Assembly (NCBI GenBank): GCA_965248055.1
Contig: CBDFIJ010000003.1
Coordinates: forward strand, 1-28,445
Direction: 5' to 3'
DNA from: Candidatus Multivoradales bacterium
GTDB taxonomy: Bacteria; Acidobacteriota; Thermoanaerobaculia; Multivoradales; JAHEKO01
DNA length: 28,445 nucleotides
Position 1 is the first letter of the stretch. Each line of letters begins with the position of its first letter. The notes beneath the pieces were generated by a model. The model had not been told where the DNA came from, searched no databases, and worked only from the letters and a program-made list of their open reading frames with translations. Below, one piece after another: positions 1 through 11,800 of this stretch. Both the position numbers and the translations under genes were made by a program.

Positions 1-1649
<1,649 letters not shown>

Positions 1650-2500
1650 CTAATACGGCTTGTCTCCTGTATGCGTCCTTACATGACGGGTAAGATTACT
1701 TTGGTGAGAAAAATCCTTATCACAATGGGAACATTTAAAGGGTTTCTGTCCTGTATGTGTTCTAAGGTGGCTAGTAAGCATATTCTTTCTGCAAAATCCT
1801 TTATCACAATAGGGACAACGATAAGGCTTGTCTCCTGTATGTATCCTTACATGACAGGTAAGATTACTTAGGTGAGAAAATCGCTTATCACAATGAGAAC
1901 ATTGATAAGGCTTGTCTCCTGTATGCAACCTTAAATGACAGGTAAGATTATGTTTGCGGGAAAATCCTTTATCACAAGAGGGACAATGATAAGGCTTGTC
2001 TCCTGTATGCGTCCTTACATGACGGATAAGATGACTTTTTTTAGAAAATCCCTTATCACAATGGGAACATTGATAAGGCTTTTCTCCACTGTGTGTTCTT
2101 AAATGTATAAGGTTGCTTTCTTTAGTAAAACCCTTATTACACTTTAAGGGTTTCTCTCCTGTATGTGTTCTAAGGTGGCTAGTAAGCTCATTCTTTTGAG
2201 AAAATGTCTTATCACACCGATAACATTTAAAAGGCTTTTCTCCACTGTGTGTTTTAAAATGGCTAAGAAGGGTTCTTCTTTGAGAAAAACCCTTATCACA
2301 CTGGGAACACTTGAAAGGTTTCTCTCCTGTTTCTGTTGTAAGGTGGTGAGTATGCTCATACTCGCCCTCGTGTGTTTTCTGATGTAGTATAAGAGTGCTC
2401 TCATCAGTAAATGCCTTACTGCAATGTATACAAAATTGGGACTTCTCTCCAAAGCATGTATGTGGGTGTATCTTGGCCTGTCCATTGTCCAACTCTCTAT
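1650..2500 (-). CDS. C2H2 zinc-finger array, terminal coding exon A (8 intact fingers + 1 finger with in-frame deletions)
   Basis: ORF 1650..2492 with tandem CxxC-x12-HxxxH and TGEKP/TGDKP linkers. Acceptor ttttcctccccAG at 2501-2513 opens in phase 1 (xAT AGA GAG TTG). Ends at TAG inside a finger. Confidence 0.8.
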
Positions 2501-2879
2501 CTGGGGAGGAAAATATACAGTATTCCTATTATCCATATATTTATTTTATGAACAAAGTATCATGAAGATAATATTTATAAAAAAGACCAATTCAATCAAC
2601 TTAACGCTCAGTTTTATAAGCAAATACACTTTTGATCCATTCATAAAATCTTACATCCATTACAAATGTTATATCAATATCTGTTTAATTGGGTATAAAA
2701 GAAGAAAAAAAAGATGTTAATACTTAATGTCTGATAAAAATACATATGTCAATAACTCACAAGAATGAATGCCACTGTAGGAAGGTGGGCAATATTGAGA
2801 AGCATACATTGTAGCACAGGTAAATGTAATAAGATCTACAATAAAAATATTTTCTGTCATTGATAGGACTCTGCGGTCT

Positions 2880-2936
2880 AGTGTGCCACAGGAATCATTT
2901 ATGGGACCTTTACTCTTCACTTCTACAATGACATTA
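2880..2936 (+). mobile_element. Old LINE (CR1/L2-type) reverse-transcriptase relic in intron
   Basis: Translates SVPQESFMGPLLF then, after a frameshift, YNDI, matching the non-LTR RT motif GVPQGSxLGPLLFxxYxNDI. Confidence 0.55.
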
Positions 2937-3257
2937 CATTCATATTTATAACAGGATGGACATCATTAAAATAAGGTTTGTAATCAGTGTTGTATTTAAG
3001 ACCAGGCATCTCAAAACAAAGACCACCACCTAGTATGTGTCCAAAGCACTAGAGACCTTCCAGAAACCATGGCAACCAAATTGCTATACAAACATTTATC
3101 AGGATTTTCTCTAGCATATCACCCAGAACCCTCCATCAAAATAGAACAGTGGTATGTCATTTATTCAGTGTGCTTTCTAATATACTGGTATTATCGAAAA
3201 TAATATCGCTAGTGATATTCGTTTGTCTCGCAATGTGGTCAATAAGGAATCTAAAAG

Positions 3258-3300
3258 ATCACGACGTTTCGTATGCTACTGCGATGCTTCGTCAGGTGAT
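3258..3300 (-). ncRNA. Minimal type I hammerhead ribozyme (Penelope-type)
   Basis: Minus strand reads ATCAC-CTGACGA-A-GCAT(cgcagtagc)ATAC-GAAA-CG-TC-GTGAT: stem I ATCAC/GTGAT, core CUGANGA and GAAA, palindromic ACGU stem III, UC cleavage site. Stem II has one mismatch. Confidence 0.7.
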
Positions 3301-3491
3301 AAAAACTATTGTAAGCAAGGGTCTTTTATACTTTACGGGAGGACCGGCGGAGCGGTCTATAATTCGATCGATAATTGGAACAATAACGCCCAATGCCTAT
3401 TGGTCGACGCACACGGTGATCGACCAATCACCAAGGTCGCTGGTTCGGCTGATGAACCATACGGTCATACAATCATACGGTACTCAACCAA

Positions 3492-3950
3492 TCAACGGGC
3501 CGCGGGCTCGGGCCGTCTGCTGAATGGAATCGACCGTTGTTGGCTGGCAGGACGGCGAGTGTCATGGCGGCGTATCGTCCGCATCCAAAATTCGGGGATA
3601 TCGATCCCGTTGTCTCTGTTGAAATTATTAGGATTGAGACGGATATTGATAGCTTCTTTTACCCTCCGTGTATACCAATGCCGTTCCTGGGAAAGGCACT
3701 GAACCCCGTCCCAGTCTGGTTGATGCTGGTTATCCCAAGCATGTTCGGCTACGGCTGAGTTGTCAGTTCGACGGAGTCTGACGTCCCTCTTATGCTCAGT
3801 GATTCTTTCTTTTATCGGACGGGCAGTTTCACCGATGTAGGATCTATCACATCCTTTACAAGGGATGTTGTACACAATGCCGTCCCGTCTATGTGGAGGA
3901 ATTGGATCCTTGGGGCGTGTAAGTTGTTGACGTAGGGTGGTATCTGATCT
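3492..3950 (-). pseudogene. Penelope-like GIY-YIG endonuclease domain fragment (RT part missing)
   Basis: RSDTTLRQQLTRPKDP...GIVYNIPCKGCDRSYIGETARPIKERITEH...SAVAEH...RRVKEAINI...FNRDNG: typical PLE GIY-YIG motifs. Confidence 0.85.
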
Positions 3951-4140
3951 GATATTACTGGTATTAGTATTAGTATTATTAGTATTATACTGGTATTAGT
4001 TCACTTTTTTTTCTTTTTTATTATTCAGAAAATCCCTAATCACACAAGGAAGACATCCCATAGGAAAGTGAAAAGTATGCCGCAGACCTGCCGCAGATCT
4101 GCGGCAGACTTTTAGTCTGCGGCAAAGAGTATGCCGAAAT

Positions 4141-4400
4141 ATGCGGCAGAAAGAAATTTTGCTGCAGACTTGCCGCATACCAGTATGCCACAGGAACAGT
4201 CTGCGGCAGGATGAAACTTTGATCCAGACTTGCCGCATACTAGTATGCCACTGGAACAATCTGCGGCAGGATGAAACTTTGCTCCAGACTTGCCGCATAC
4301 TAGTATGCCACAGGAACGGTCTGCGGCAGATCTGCGGCAGGATGAAACTTTGCTCCAGACTTGCCGCATACCAGTATGCCACAGGAACAGTCTGCGGCAG
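4141..4400. repeat. 60-bp tandem repeat, about 4 copies
   Basis: Unit CTGCGGCAGGATGAAACTTTGCTCCAGACTTGCCGCATAC(C/T)AGTATGCCACAGGAACAGT at 4141, 4201, 4261, 4332 (11-bp insert before the last). Confidence 0.9.
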
Positions 4401-5018
4401 GTCTGCCACAGAAAAGTGGGAAATTATACAGTCTGCAGCAAGGCTATAGGCGGCCATTTTGGAGGACATGCAGTACCATGAGGTTGCAGGCTGAGCCCAT
4501 GATCTTGTAAATTCCTGTGTTAGCACTGTTAATTGTCTTTTTAGCTTCTGTCAAACCAAACAATTTGCTTCAAGTTCAACTGGTACCATAAGAGGAATTT
4601 ATTACATAAGAGGAGACTGAGGAATTAACAGACTGTTTCAAACATTTTTGTTGTGCCATATGTGATCTTATCTTCAGCCCCACTAACTCACTTTGTTGTT
4701 GTAACTATATAGCACATGGATCTGTGACTCTACTCTGGACTATGTGTATGCAGTTATTGTATTCCTATTCCTCTACCTAAACCCATATTTGTAGAATTGT
4801 TGAAGCAATTCCACCTGTTTTAGCCATTTCTACTAATTCAAGGTGCTAGAATGTAATGATGCAATGCATGCTCTCCAGCATAGCCTTCCTGCAAGACTGC
4901 ATACTTAATTGCCACGTACTGGATATGAAAGAGTATGCGGCAGGTCTGCAACAGGTCTATATGAGATATGAATATTCATGATGAAGAGTCTGCGGCAGGT
5001 CTGCAGCAGACTCTTTGT

Positions 5019-5293
5019 TATACTGAAAGAGTATGCGGCAAGTCTGCAGCAAGTCTGTGGCAGACCTGCCGCAGACTCTTCATCATACTGAAAGAGTATG
5101 CGGCCAAGTCTGCAGCAAGTGACTCTTCATCATACTGAAAGAGTATGCGGCAAGTCTGCAGCAAGTCTGTGGCAGACCTGCCGCAGACTCTTCATCATAC
5201 TGAAAGAATATGCGGCAAGTCTGCAGCAAGTGACTCTTCATCATACTGAAAGAGTATGCGGTAAGTCTGCAGCAAGTCTGCGGCAGACCTGCC
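5019..5293. repeat. Higher-order tandem repeat with alternating 65- and 46/47-bp units
   Basis: (C/T)ATACTGAAAGA unit starts at 5019, 5084, 5131, 5196, 5242. Confidence 0.85.
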
Positions 5294-5389
5294 CTGTCCA
5301 TACATGCTTTGGTAGATTGCTTTGGCAAGATAATCCTTTGTCACAATGGGAACATGGATATAAGGCCTTTCTTCACTGTGTGTTCTTAA

Positions 5390-5773
5390 AGGCATTGTTT
5401 AACAATGTTTCCAGTGTTACAAATTTGAGATGCATGGCCCCAAGTGTTATCATTGTCTGTGATATGGTGTAATATTGAAGCCCTAAAAAAACTGCGCTTC
5501 AAAATGATGAGGTACCTCAAAAAAGTAAAAAGCTTTGAGTGACCGGTTTTACCATACTCATTTTCCCCAATAGACTGTAGTGCTATAAAAACCGTTGTGA
5601 AAACGGTTTTTGAAATTTCGAATTTCAATCATAAATATCTTGATAATCAGACAGGTGATCGGCTTGTAAAAGTCATGGGATTCCTGACTGACCTAAAGGT
5701 TAATAATTATGATTGCAGCATGAGCTACATTAAGGATTTTGTTCAGAATCTAAGGCAAAGTTACCTAATCCCT
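5390..5773. mobile_element. TTAA-specific non-autonomous DNA transposon (Kolobok-like)
   Basis: TTAA TSD at 5386-5389 and 5774-5777. AGG...CCT termini with imperfect TIR (about 12/18). A second partial copy lies at 21618-21816. Confidence 0.75.
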
Positions 5774-6090
5774 TTAAATGGCTAATAAGGGTACTCCTTT
5801 GAGAAAAACCTTTACCACACTGAGAGACTGAGAACACCTTAAGGGTTTCTCCATGTGTCTGTTCTAAGGTGACTAGTAAGATCACTTATACAACAAAATA
5901 CCTTATTAAATTTGAGACATTTATATGGCATTTTCCTGTTTGTTATTAGGTGATAAGCAAGACCATACACTGTATTTACAATAAAATCCCCTTTTAAACA
6001 AAGTAAACATTTAAATGGCTTTTTCCAGTAGGTATGATTAGATTAAAAGTAAGATTACAGTTACAAGAAAATCTCTTAATACAATCTAAC

Positions 6091-6410
6091 TGTTACTGAC
6101 AGGAAGTTTTCTCCTGTGTTTGATAAAATCATGTAACGATAAGTCGGGAAATGCTGACGTCATAGACGAGGCTTTTTGGGGAATTGACATGTATTTGACT
6201 ATTGAGGGCGTTTCTTCGCATGCCACTGATTTTCCTTGTTTGGAACGGTCGGACGACCGTGAGGTTGTGATGATAAATTAATTCTTTTTGATGAGCCCAA
6301 CGTTATTGAACCGTGCTGATACGTGCTGAAGTATCTTGTCAGCGTGGTCTCATACTGGGTTTAGAACTTTGTGTCCTGCTTGATTATTTATCGTCACAGT
6401 GTCCCCAACA
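6091..6410 (+). repeat. 5' LTR
   Basis: TGTTACTGAC...CCCCAACA, 320 bp. No difference from the 3' LTR found by eye. Confidence 0.97.
6155..6283 (+). promoter_or_regulatory. Putative LTR promoter elements: CRE palindrome, short palindrome, TATA-like box
   Basis: TGACGTCA at 6155-6162. ACGGTCG-GA-CGACCGT at 6245-6260. GATAAATTAATT at 6272-6283, about 29 nt upstream of 6301. Confidence 0.35.
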
Positions 6411-6414
6411 TCAA

Positions 6415-6425
6415 GTTCAATAACG
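6415..6425 (+). promoter_or_regulatory. Non-tRNA primer-binding site candidate, complementary to LTR 6301-6311
   Basis: GTTCAATAACG is the exact reverse complement of CGTTATTGAAC (6301-6311). No TGG-initiated tRNA PBS follows the LTR. Confidence 0.55.
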
Positions 6426-6435
6426 CTTCATCAGG

Positions 6436-8076
6436 ATGAATGCAGCAGGTCAACTTCAAGCTGCTGGTGGGCAGTCTGAGGTCAAACAGGAAGATGAAAA
6501 ACAGGAAAAGAAACAGGGAAATGTGTTGGAGGTGGATCCTGAAGACTCGGTGAGTCAGTGTGTCAGCCATACTAGCTCTGCTTCGTCAGCCATGTTGAAA
6601 GCTATGGCCAGAAAGGCAGCCCTAGCAGCTGAAGCAGCTGCTATAGAAGAACGCCAACAGCTAGAACTTGAGGAATTTCAACTAACGCAGCGTAAGTTGA
6701 GATTATCGGTGCAGACGAAGCTCAGGGTTGCAGAAGCAGAAGAACAGATATACCTTGAGTTTGAGAATAAGAAGTTAGGAATAAGCTTTCCTGAGAAAGA
6801 ACAGGATGAAACCTTACCATACACTCCTGGCAAGGTGGTGACAGAGACTGTTGTTCCTACTAAGTCTACGAAGTGTAAGCCTATCACAGCAGATAGGTCT
6901 GACCATGGACAACCGCTGACCATGAGTGATGATTCCGATGTAGTCACCCTACTGAAGGAAGGACAACAGGAGCAACGCCGTCTTTGGGAGGTGATGCAGC
7001 TGCCTAAGGCCGAGTTGACGCCTTATGACGGAAATCCCCTAGAATTTTGGGAGTTCTGGCGGAGTTTCGAGGACAACATTGACTCTAGTTCGTGCGGAGA
7101 TAGGACGAAGCTAACTCGCCTCTTATACTATTGTCGAGGGGAACCTAAGAGACGTTTGAGTCCTTGCTTATTAATGAACGCATCACAAGGATATTCAACA
7201 GCAAAGCGACTTCTGATTGAAAGATTTGGAGACCCAGTTGTCATCACAGACTCCTGGATGAAGAAGATAACATCTGGGAAGCAGATTGGCCCTCGTGACA
7301 AGAAAGGTCTAAGAGAGCTGGCAGATGACATGAGTGTCTGCCTTATGTCATTTCAAGCAATGGGATTCGAACAGGAACTCTCCCCTCAGAAGGTGCTTCT
7401 CCCACTGGCGGAGAGACTGCCTTTCCATTTAAAAGGGAAGTGGCTGAGCAGAGTTGGAGCGATTCGGCGCCAGGAGAGAATCCCAAGATTTGAAGATCTG
7501 ATGTACTTTGTGCAGGAGGCTGCGCAGGAAGTTAATGACCCGGTGTATGGAGAGCTGATGTCTGGTCAGAGTGAGCAACGCACGCCTTCTCGAAGTGGGA
7601 AGTCAAAGGGCTCCTTCTCTACATCTTCCACTGCAAAGCCTGTTGAACTACATGTAGAGTGTTTCCAGTGCAAGGGTAACCATAGGCTGTGGGATTGTAA
7701 GCAGTTTAAGGACTTGCCTCCTAAGGATAGAATGCGGCTAGCAAGGAATAAGGGACTGTGTTTTAACTGTCTGAGACGAGGTCATATGATAGGAGCATGT
7801 AGTAGCAAGAGGACTTGCTCAGTAGGTGGTTGCACAAGGAAGCACAATAAGCTTCTCCATATGACAGAACCTGATGGCGGCACACAAAATAGAAATGTGG
7901 AGCAAGAAGCCTCCTGTAGTTCCACAGGGGCCGGCAGGAAAAGTGTGCTCCCTATAGTGCCTGTGAGGGTGAAGGCAGAAGGCTGCCAAGTTATGCTGTG
8001 GACATATGCATTGCTGGACCAAGGGTCAACAGGTACATTTTGTTCAGCAAGTTCTAGCAAGGTCACTCGGTGCTAA
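6436..8076 (+). CDS. gag: BEL/Pao gag plus start of aspartic protease (reading frame slips near 8047)
   Basis: LTPYDGNPLEFWEFW (Pao gag core). Knuckles CFQCKGNHRLWDC, CFNCLRRGHMIGAC, CSVGGCTRKHNKLLH. Protease site ALLDQGS. Confidence 0.9.
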   Translation: MNAAGQLQAAGGQSEVKQEDEKQEKKQGNVLEVDPEDSVSQCVSHTSSASSAMLKAMARKAALAAEAAAIEERQQLELEEFQLTQRKLRLSVQTKLRVAEAEEQIYLEFENKKLGISFPEKEQDETLPYTPGKVVTETVVPTKSTKCKPITADRSDHGQPLTMSDDSDVVTLLKEGQQEQRRLWEVMQLPKAELTPYDGNPLEFWEFWRSFEDNIDSSSCGDRTKLTRLLYYCRGEPKRRLSPCLLMNASQGYSTAKRLLIERFGDPVVITDSWMKKITSGKQIGPRDKKGLRELADDMSVCLMSFQAMGFEQELSPQKVLLPLAERLPFHLKGKWLSRVGAIRRQERIPRFEDLMYFVQEAAQEVNDPVYGELMSGQSEQRTPSRSGKSKGSFSTSSTAKPVELHVECFQCKGNHRLWDCKQFKDLPPKDRMRLARNKGLCFNCLRRGHMIGACSSKRTCSVGGCTRKHNKLLHMTEPDGGTQNRNVEQEASCSSTGAGRKSVLPIVPVRVKAEGCQVMLWTYALLDQGSTGTFCSASSSKVTRC

Positions 8077-8695
8077 GGGAGTCAAAGGGAAGCTTCTACT
8101 AACGACCCTTGATCGTAAAGAAAGTACTGTCCACACTGAAGCCGTCAGTTTGGTTGTGGACTCCGGAGATTACAGCAAGCAGATCAAGATGTTATGTGTG
8201 TACACAAAGGAAAATATCAACGTCAAGGGTGTACACATGGCCACAGTCGATGACATCGAAGGACTGACCCACCTAAGAGGGATTGACATCCCTGTGGCCA
8301 CTGAAGATGAGGTGGGACTGGTCATCGGTCAAGACGTCCCAGAAGCTCTGATGCCTCTAGAGGTTAGACATGGAGAGAAAGGACCATACGCAGTAAGGAC
8401 GTGCCTTGGGTGGTCACTCCATGGTCCACTCAGCCGAGCATGTGAAATGAACACTCCAGTGTATGCTACGAACACCTTCATCGAAGGAGATCTGTGCCTC
8501 GAGAGACAGTTAGAGAGGTTCTGGAAGCTTGAGACCCCTGATCCTTTCAAGGAAGAGAGAGCTATGTCAAGGAATGATGTCAAGGCCTTGGCAGAGTGGG
8601 AGCAGGGCATCTGCATAGAGGAAGGTCATTATCAGCTCCCTATCCCGTTCAAGAAGAGACCTCCAGATCTCCAGAATAACCGATGGTTGGCTGAA
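8048..8695 (+). pseudogene. Protease C-part/spacer of the BEL polyprotein in the +1 frame, ended by an insertion-borne TAA
   Basis: QVLARSLG...VGLVIGQD...PYAVRTCLGWSLHG...LERFWKLE...YQLPIPFK...NNRWLAE are standard BEL/Pao motifs (ORF track 8006..8698). Confidence 0.85.
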
Positions 8696-8830
8696 TAACG
8701 CCAGATAAGAACGACGAAGAAGGTGCTCGGTGCCTTGATGAGACAGCAAGTGCTGTCTGACGAGAACTTATCAACGCTGATGAAACTCCTTCGTCTTAAA
8801 CAAGGACGTAATGTTTTTGTGATGGAATGA

Positions 8831-11800
8831 GGCTGTCTTGGAAGAAGGCTTAGTCAGAGTGATGGTCTCCTTCAGAAGTATACAGATGGCATGGCAGACC
8901 TTTTGAAGAAGGGATATGCAGAGGAGGTCAATGAACTTGACAGTAAGAAGGAATGCGAATGGTATTTGCCACATCACCCGGTATTCCATCCCCAGAAACC
9001 GGGAAAAGTGAGAATAGTCTTCAATTGTGCATCAGCATGGAAAGGTTTGTCACTGAATGATGTGGTTAATCAGGGACCAGATCTGACTAACAAGCTGATC
9101 GGAGTGCTGTTGAGGTTTAGAACTGCGCCAGTGGCTTTGATGGCAGACATTGAAGCGATGTTTCATCAAGTTCGTGTGCCAGCACCAGACCGAGATGTAC
9201 TGAGATTCTTATGGTGGCCAACAGGTGACTTGAAGGAAGATCCATGTGTCTACAGAATGTGTGTGCACTTATTCGGTGGGACTTGGAGTCCCAGCTGCTG
9301 TAGCTATGCCTTACGACGCACAGCTGAAGACAACAAGGGTGAATTCTCTCCTGAAGCAGTAAAGGCAGTGACTAGGAATTTCTATGTGGACGACTGCTTA
9401 ATCTCCACTAAGGATGAGGAAGATGCCATACGACTAGCACAAGAATTGAAAAGCCTGCTAGAGAAGGGAGGCTTTAACCTGATCAAGTGGACAAGTAACA
9501 ACCGCAAAGTTGTGGAAGCCATCCCAGTGGAGGATAGAAGTAAACAAGTTAAGGACTTAGATCTTAGCAAGGAAGCACTACCAGTTGAAAGAGCCCTGGG
9601 GATCAAATGGGATGTGCAAGAGGACCGTCTAGAGTACAAGACATTGATAAAGGAGAAACCACTGACAAGAAGGGGTTTGCTTAGCATTGTGTCAAGCATT
9701 TATGACCCGCTTGGCTACCTGAGTCCCTTTATCTTGAGAGCTAAGCTGTTGATGCAGAAGTTAGCAACAAAGAAGTTAGGATGGGATGACCCAATTCCAG
9801 ATGTTGGACTGCAGTTATGGCAGCAGTGGGTAAAGCAACTTCCTGAAGTAGAAAACTTCAAGGTGCCAAGATGTGTGGTTCCTGCAGGATATGGTGCCAA
9901 GACAGAGCATCAGTTACATCACTTTGCTGATGCATCCGAAGATGCCTATGGAGCGGTGACATACCTGGTGGTAAGGAACTCTAAAGGGCAAGTCTGTAGC
10001 AGTCTTGTCTTTGCCAAGTCTCGCCTCGCTCCAGTGAAGAAGACTACGATTCCTCGTCTCGAATTGATGGCTGCTACTGTTGCGGTGAAGTCAGATGTCT
10101 TAGTGAGGAGAGAACTGGATCTACCACTAAAGGACTCTGTGTTCTGGACTGACAGCATGATTGTATTGGCATACATTAAGAATGAAGACAAAAGGTTTCA
10201 CACCTTTATTGCCAATAGACTGTCTATGATTCACTCTGCCAGTGATGTAAAGCAGTGGCATCATGTCAACACGAAAGAGAATCCGGCTGATGACGTCAGT
10301 AGAGGCATGAGTGCTAGGGATCTCGTGGCTAGTGAGAGATGGCTTCATGGGCCAAAATTCATCCTGTTGACTGAAGAGCAGCAGAGCCAAGATCCAGAAG
10401 CTGATGATATCCTACTAGACGATGATCCAGAAGTAAAGACTGTGAAGGCTTATGCCGCTGAGACTGATGTTGATGTACCAATTGCGGCTACTGATGAACT
10501 GTTGAGCTACTTCTCAGATTGGTACAAGCTTAAGAAGGCAGTAGCTAGAATCTTGCAGTTTCGGGAATATCTTCTGTGCAAGGTGCGGAAGGAGGTATTT
10601 GACTGTAAGGTGCTTCTTACAGTGGATGACATGAGAGAGGCTGAGCAGGCAATCCTGAAATATGTTCAGCGCCTGGCATACCCAGCTGAATACCAGGCAA
10701 TTGAGGAGAAGCCAGCCTTGAATGGAAAGCAGAGGGCTAGTAAGTTGAAGAAGTCCAGCCCTCTCTATAAGTTAGACCCTATGATGAGCAGAACTGGGTT
10801 GCTGTGTGTTGGAGGCCGCCTTAGGAATGCAGAGCTGAGTGACGAGATGAAGCATCCCATCATCTTACCACCCAAGCATCACGTGGTAACACTGTTAGTG
10901 AGACATGTTCATGACATGGTGGGACATTCAGGCAGAGAGCATGTCCTATCGATGCTGAGGCAGCGATTCTGGTTGATCAGAGGGAGGTCTACTGTGCGAC
11001 AGGTGAAACGGGACTGTTTTAAGTGTAAACGCCTGTCGTCTCCAACTCTCGGGCAGAAGATGGCTGATTTACCTAGTGATCGTGTGGCGTTTGACAAGCC
11101 ACCATTTACTAATGTTGGAGTGGACTGTTTTGGCCCTTATCTTGTCAAACAGGGCAGAAGCCAAGTGAAGAGATATGGCTGTATCTTCACTTGCCTATGT
11201 GTGAGAGCCGTGCACATAGAGATCTTGCATTCTATGGACACTGATTCATTTCTGAACGCTCTTCATCGATTCATGGCTCGCCGTGGAAGACCAGAGCTCA
11301 TCAGATCTGACAACGGCACGAATTTCGTCGGAGCAGAGAGAGAGCTGCGAGAGGGGTTAAGTAGATGGAACCAGCAGAGAATTCATGACCATCTACTCCA
11401 GAAAGGCATTGAATGGAGGTTTAACCCACCAGCGGCCTCGCACATGGGTGGATGTTGGGAACGCCAGATAAGAACGACGAAGAAGGTGCTCGGTGCCTTG
11501 ATGAGACAGCAAGTGCTGTCTGACGAGAACTTATCAACGCTGATGTGTAAGGTGGAGTCCATCATCAACGGGCGCCCTCTGACAGTAGTGTCGGATGATG
11601 CGGTGGATCCAGAACCCCTCACTCCGAATCATTTGCTCCTGCTGCGGGGTAATGGTACTGGGCCGCCTGACCTCTTCGAGGCACGAAATGTGTATAGCAG
11701 GCGACGATGGAGACAGGTTCAGTACCTTAGTGACATTTTCTGGCAGAGATGGAGGAAAGAGTATCTTCCTACACTCCAAGCGCGACAAAGGTGGAACGAG

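Larger units (their letters stand above)
3194..3985 (-). mobile_element. 5'-truncated Penelope-like retroelement (GIY-YIG C-terminus + 3' pseudo-LTR region)
   Basis: GIY-YIG ORF, hammerhead motif downstream of the ORF, flanked by 13-bp direct repeat TATACTGGTATTA (3181-3193, 3986-3998). Boundaries approximate. Confidence 0.8.
4057..5293. mobile_element. Non-autonomous DNA transposon with CCC terminus and inverted subterminal tandem arrays (EnSpm/CACTA-like architecture); right end missing
   Basis: Starts CCCATAGGAAAG next to a ZNF remnant. Left arm repeats contain GACTTGCCGCATAC, right arm repeats contain its reverse complement GTATGCGGCAAGTC. Unique middle. No matching right TIR found. Confidence 0.55.

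Noticed and set aside
4141-5293. CRISPR array
   Set aside because: Repeats are head-to-tail with no unique spacers, there are no cas genes, and the context is eukaryotic.
3996-5472. ORFs across the tandem repeats (3996..4526, 4141..4449, 5098..5472)
   Set aside because: Open only because the repeat units lack stops; translations are repetitive and non-domain-like.
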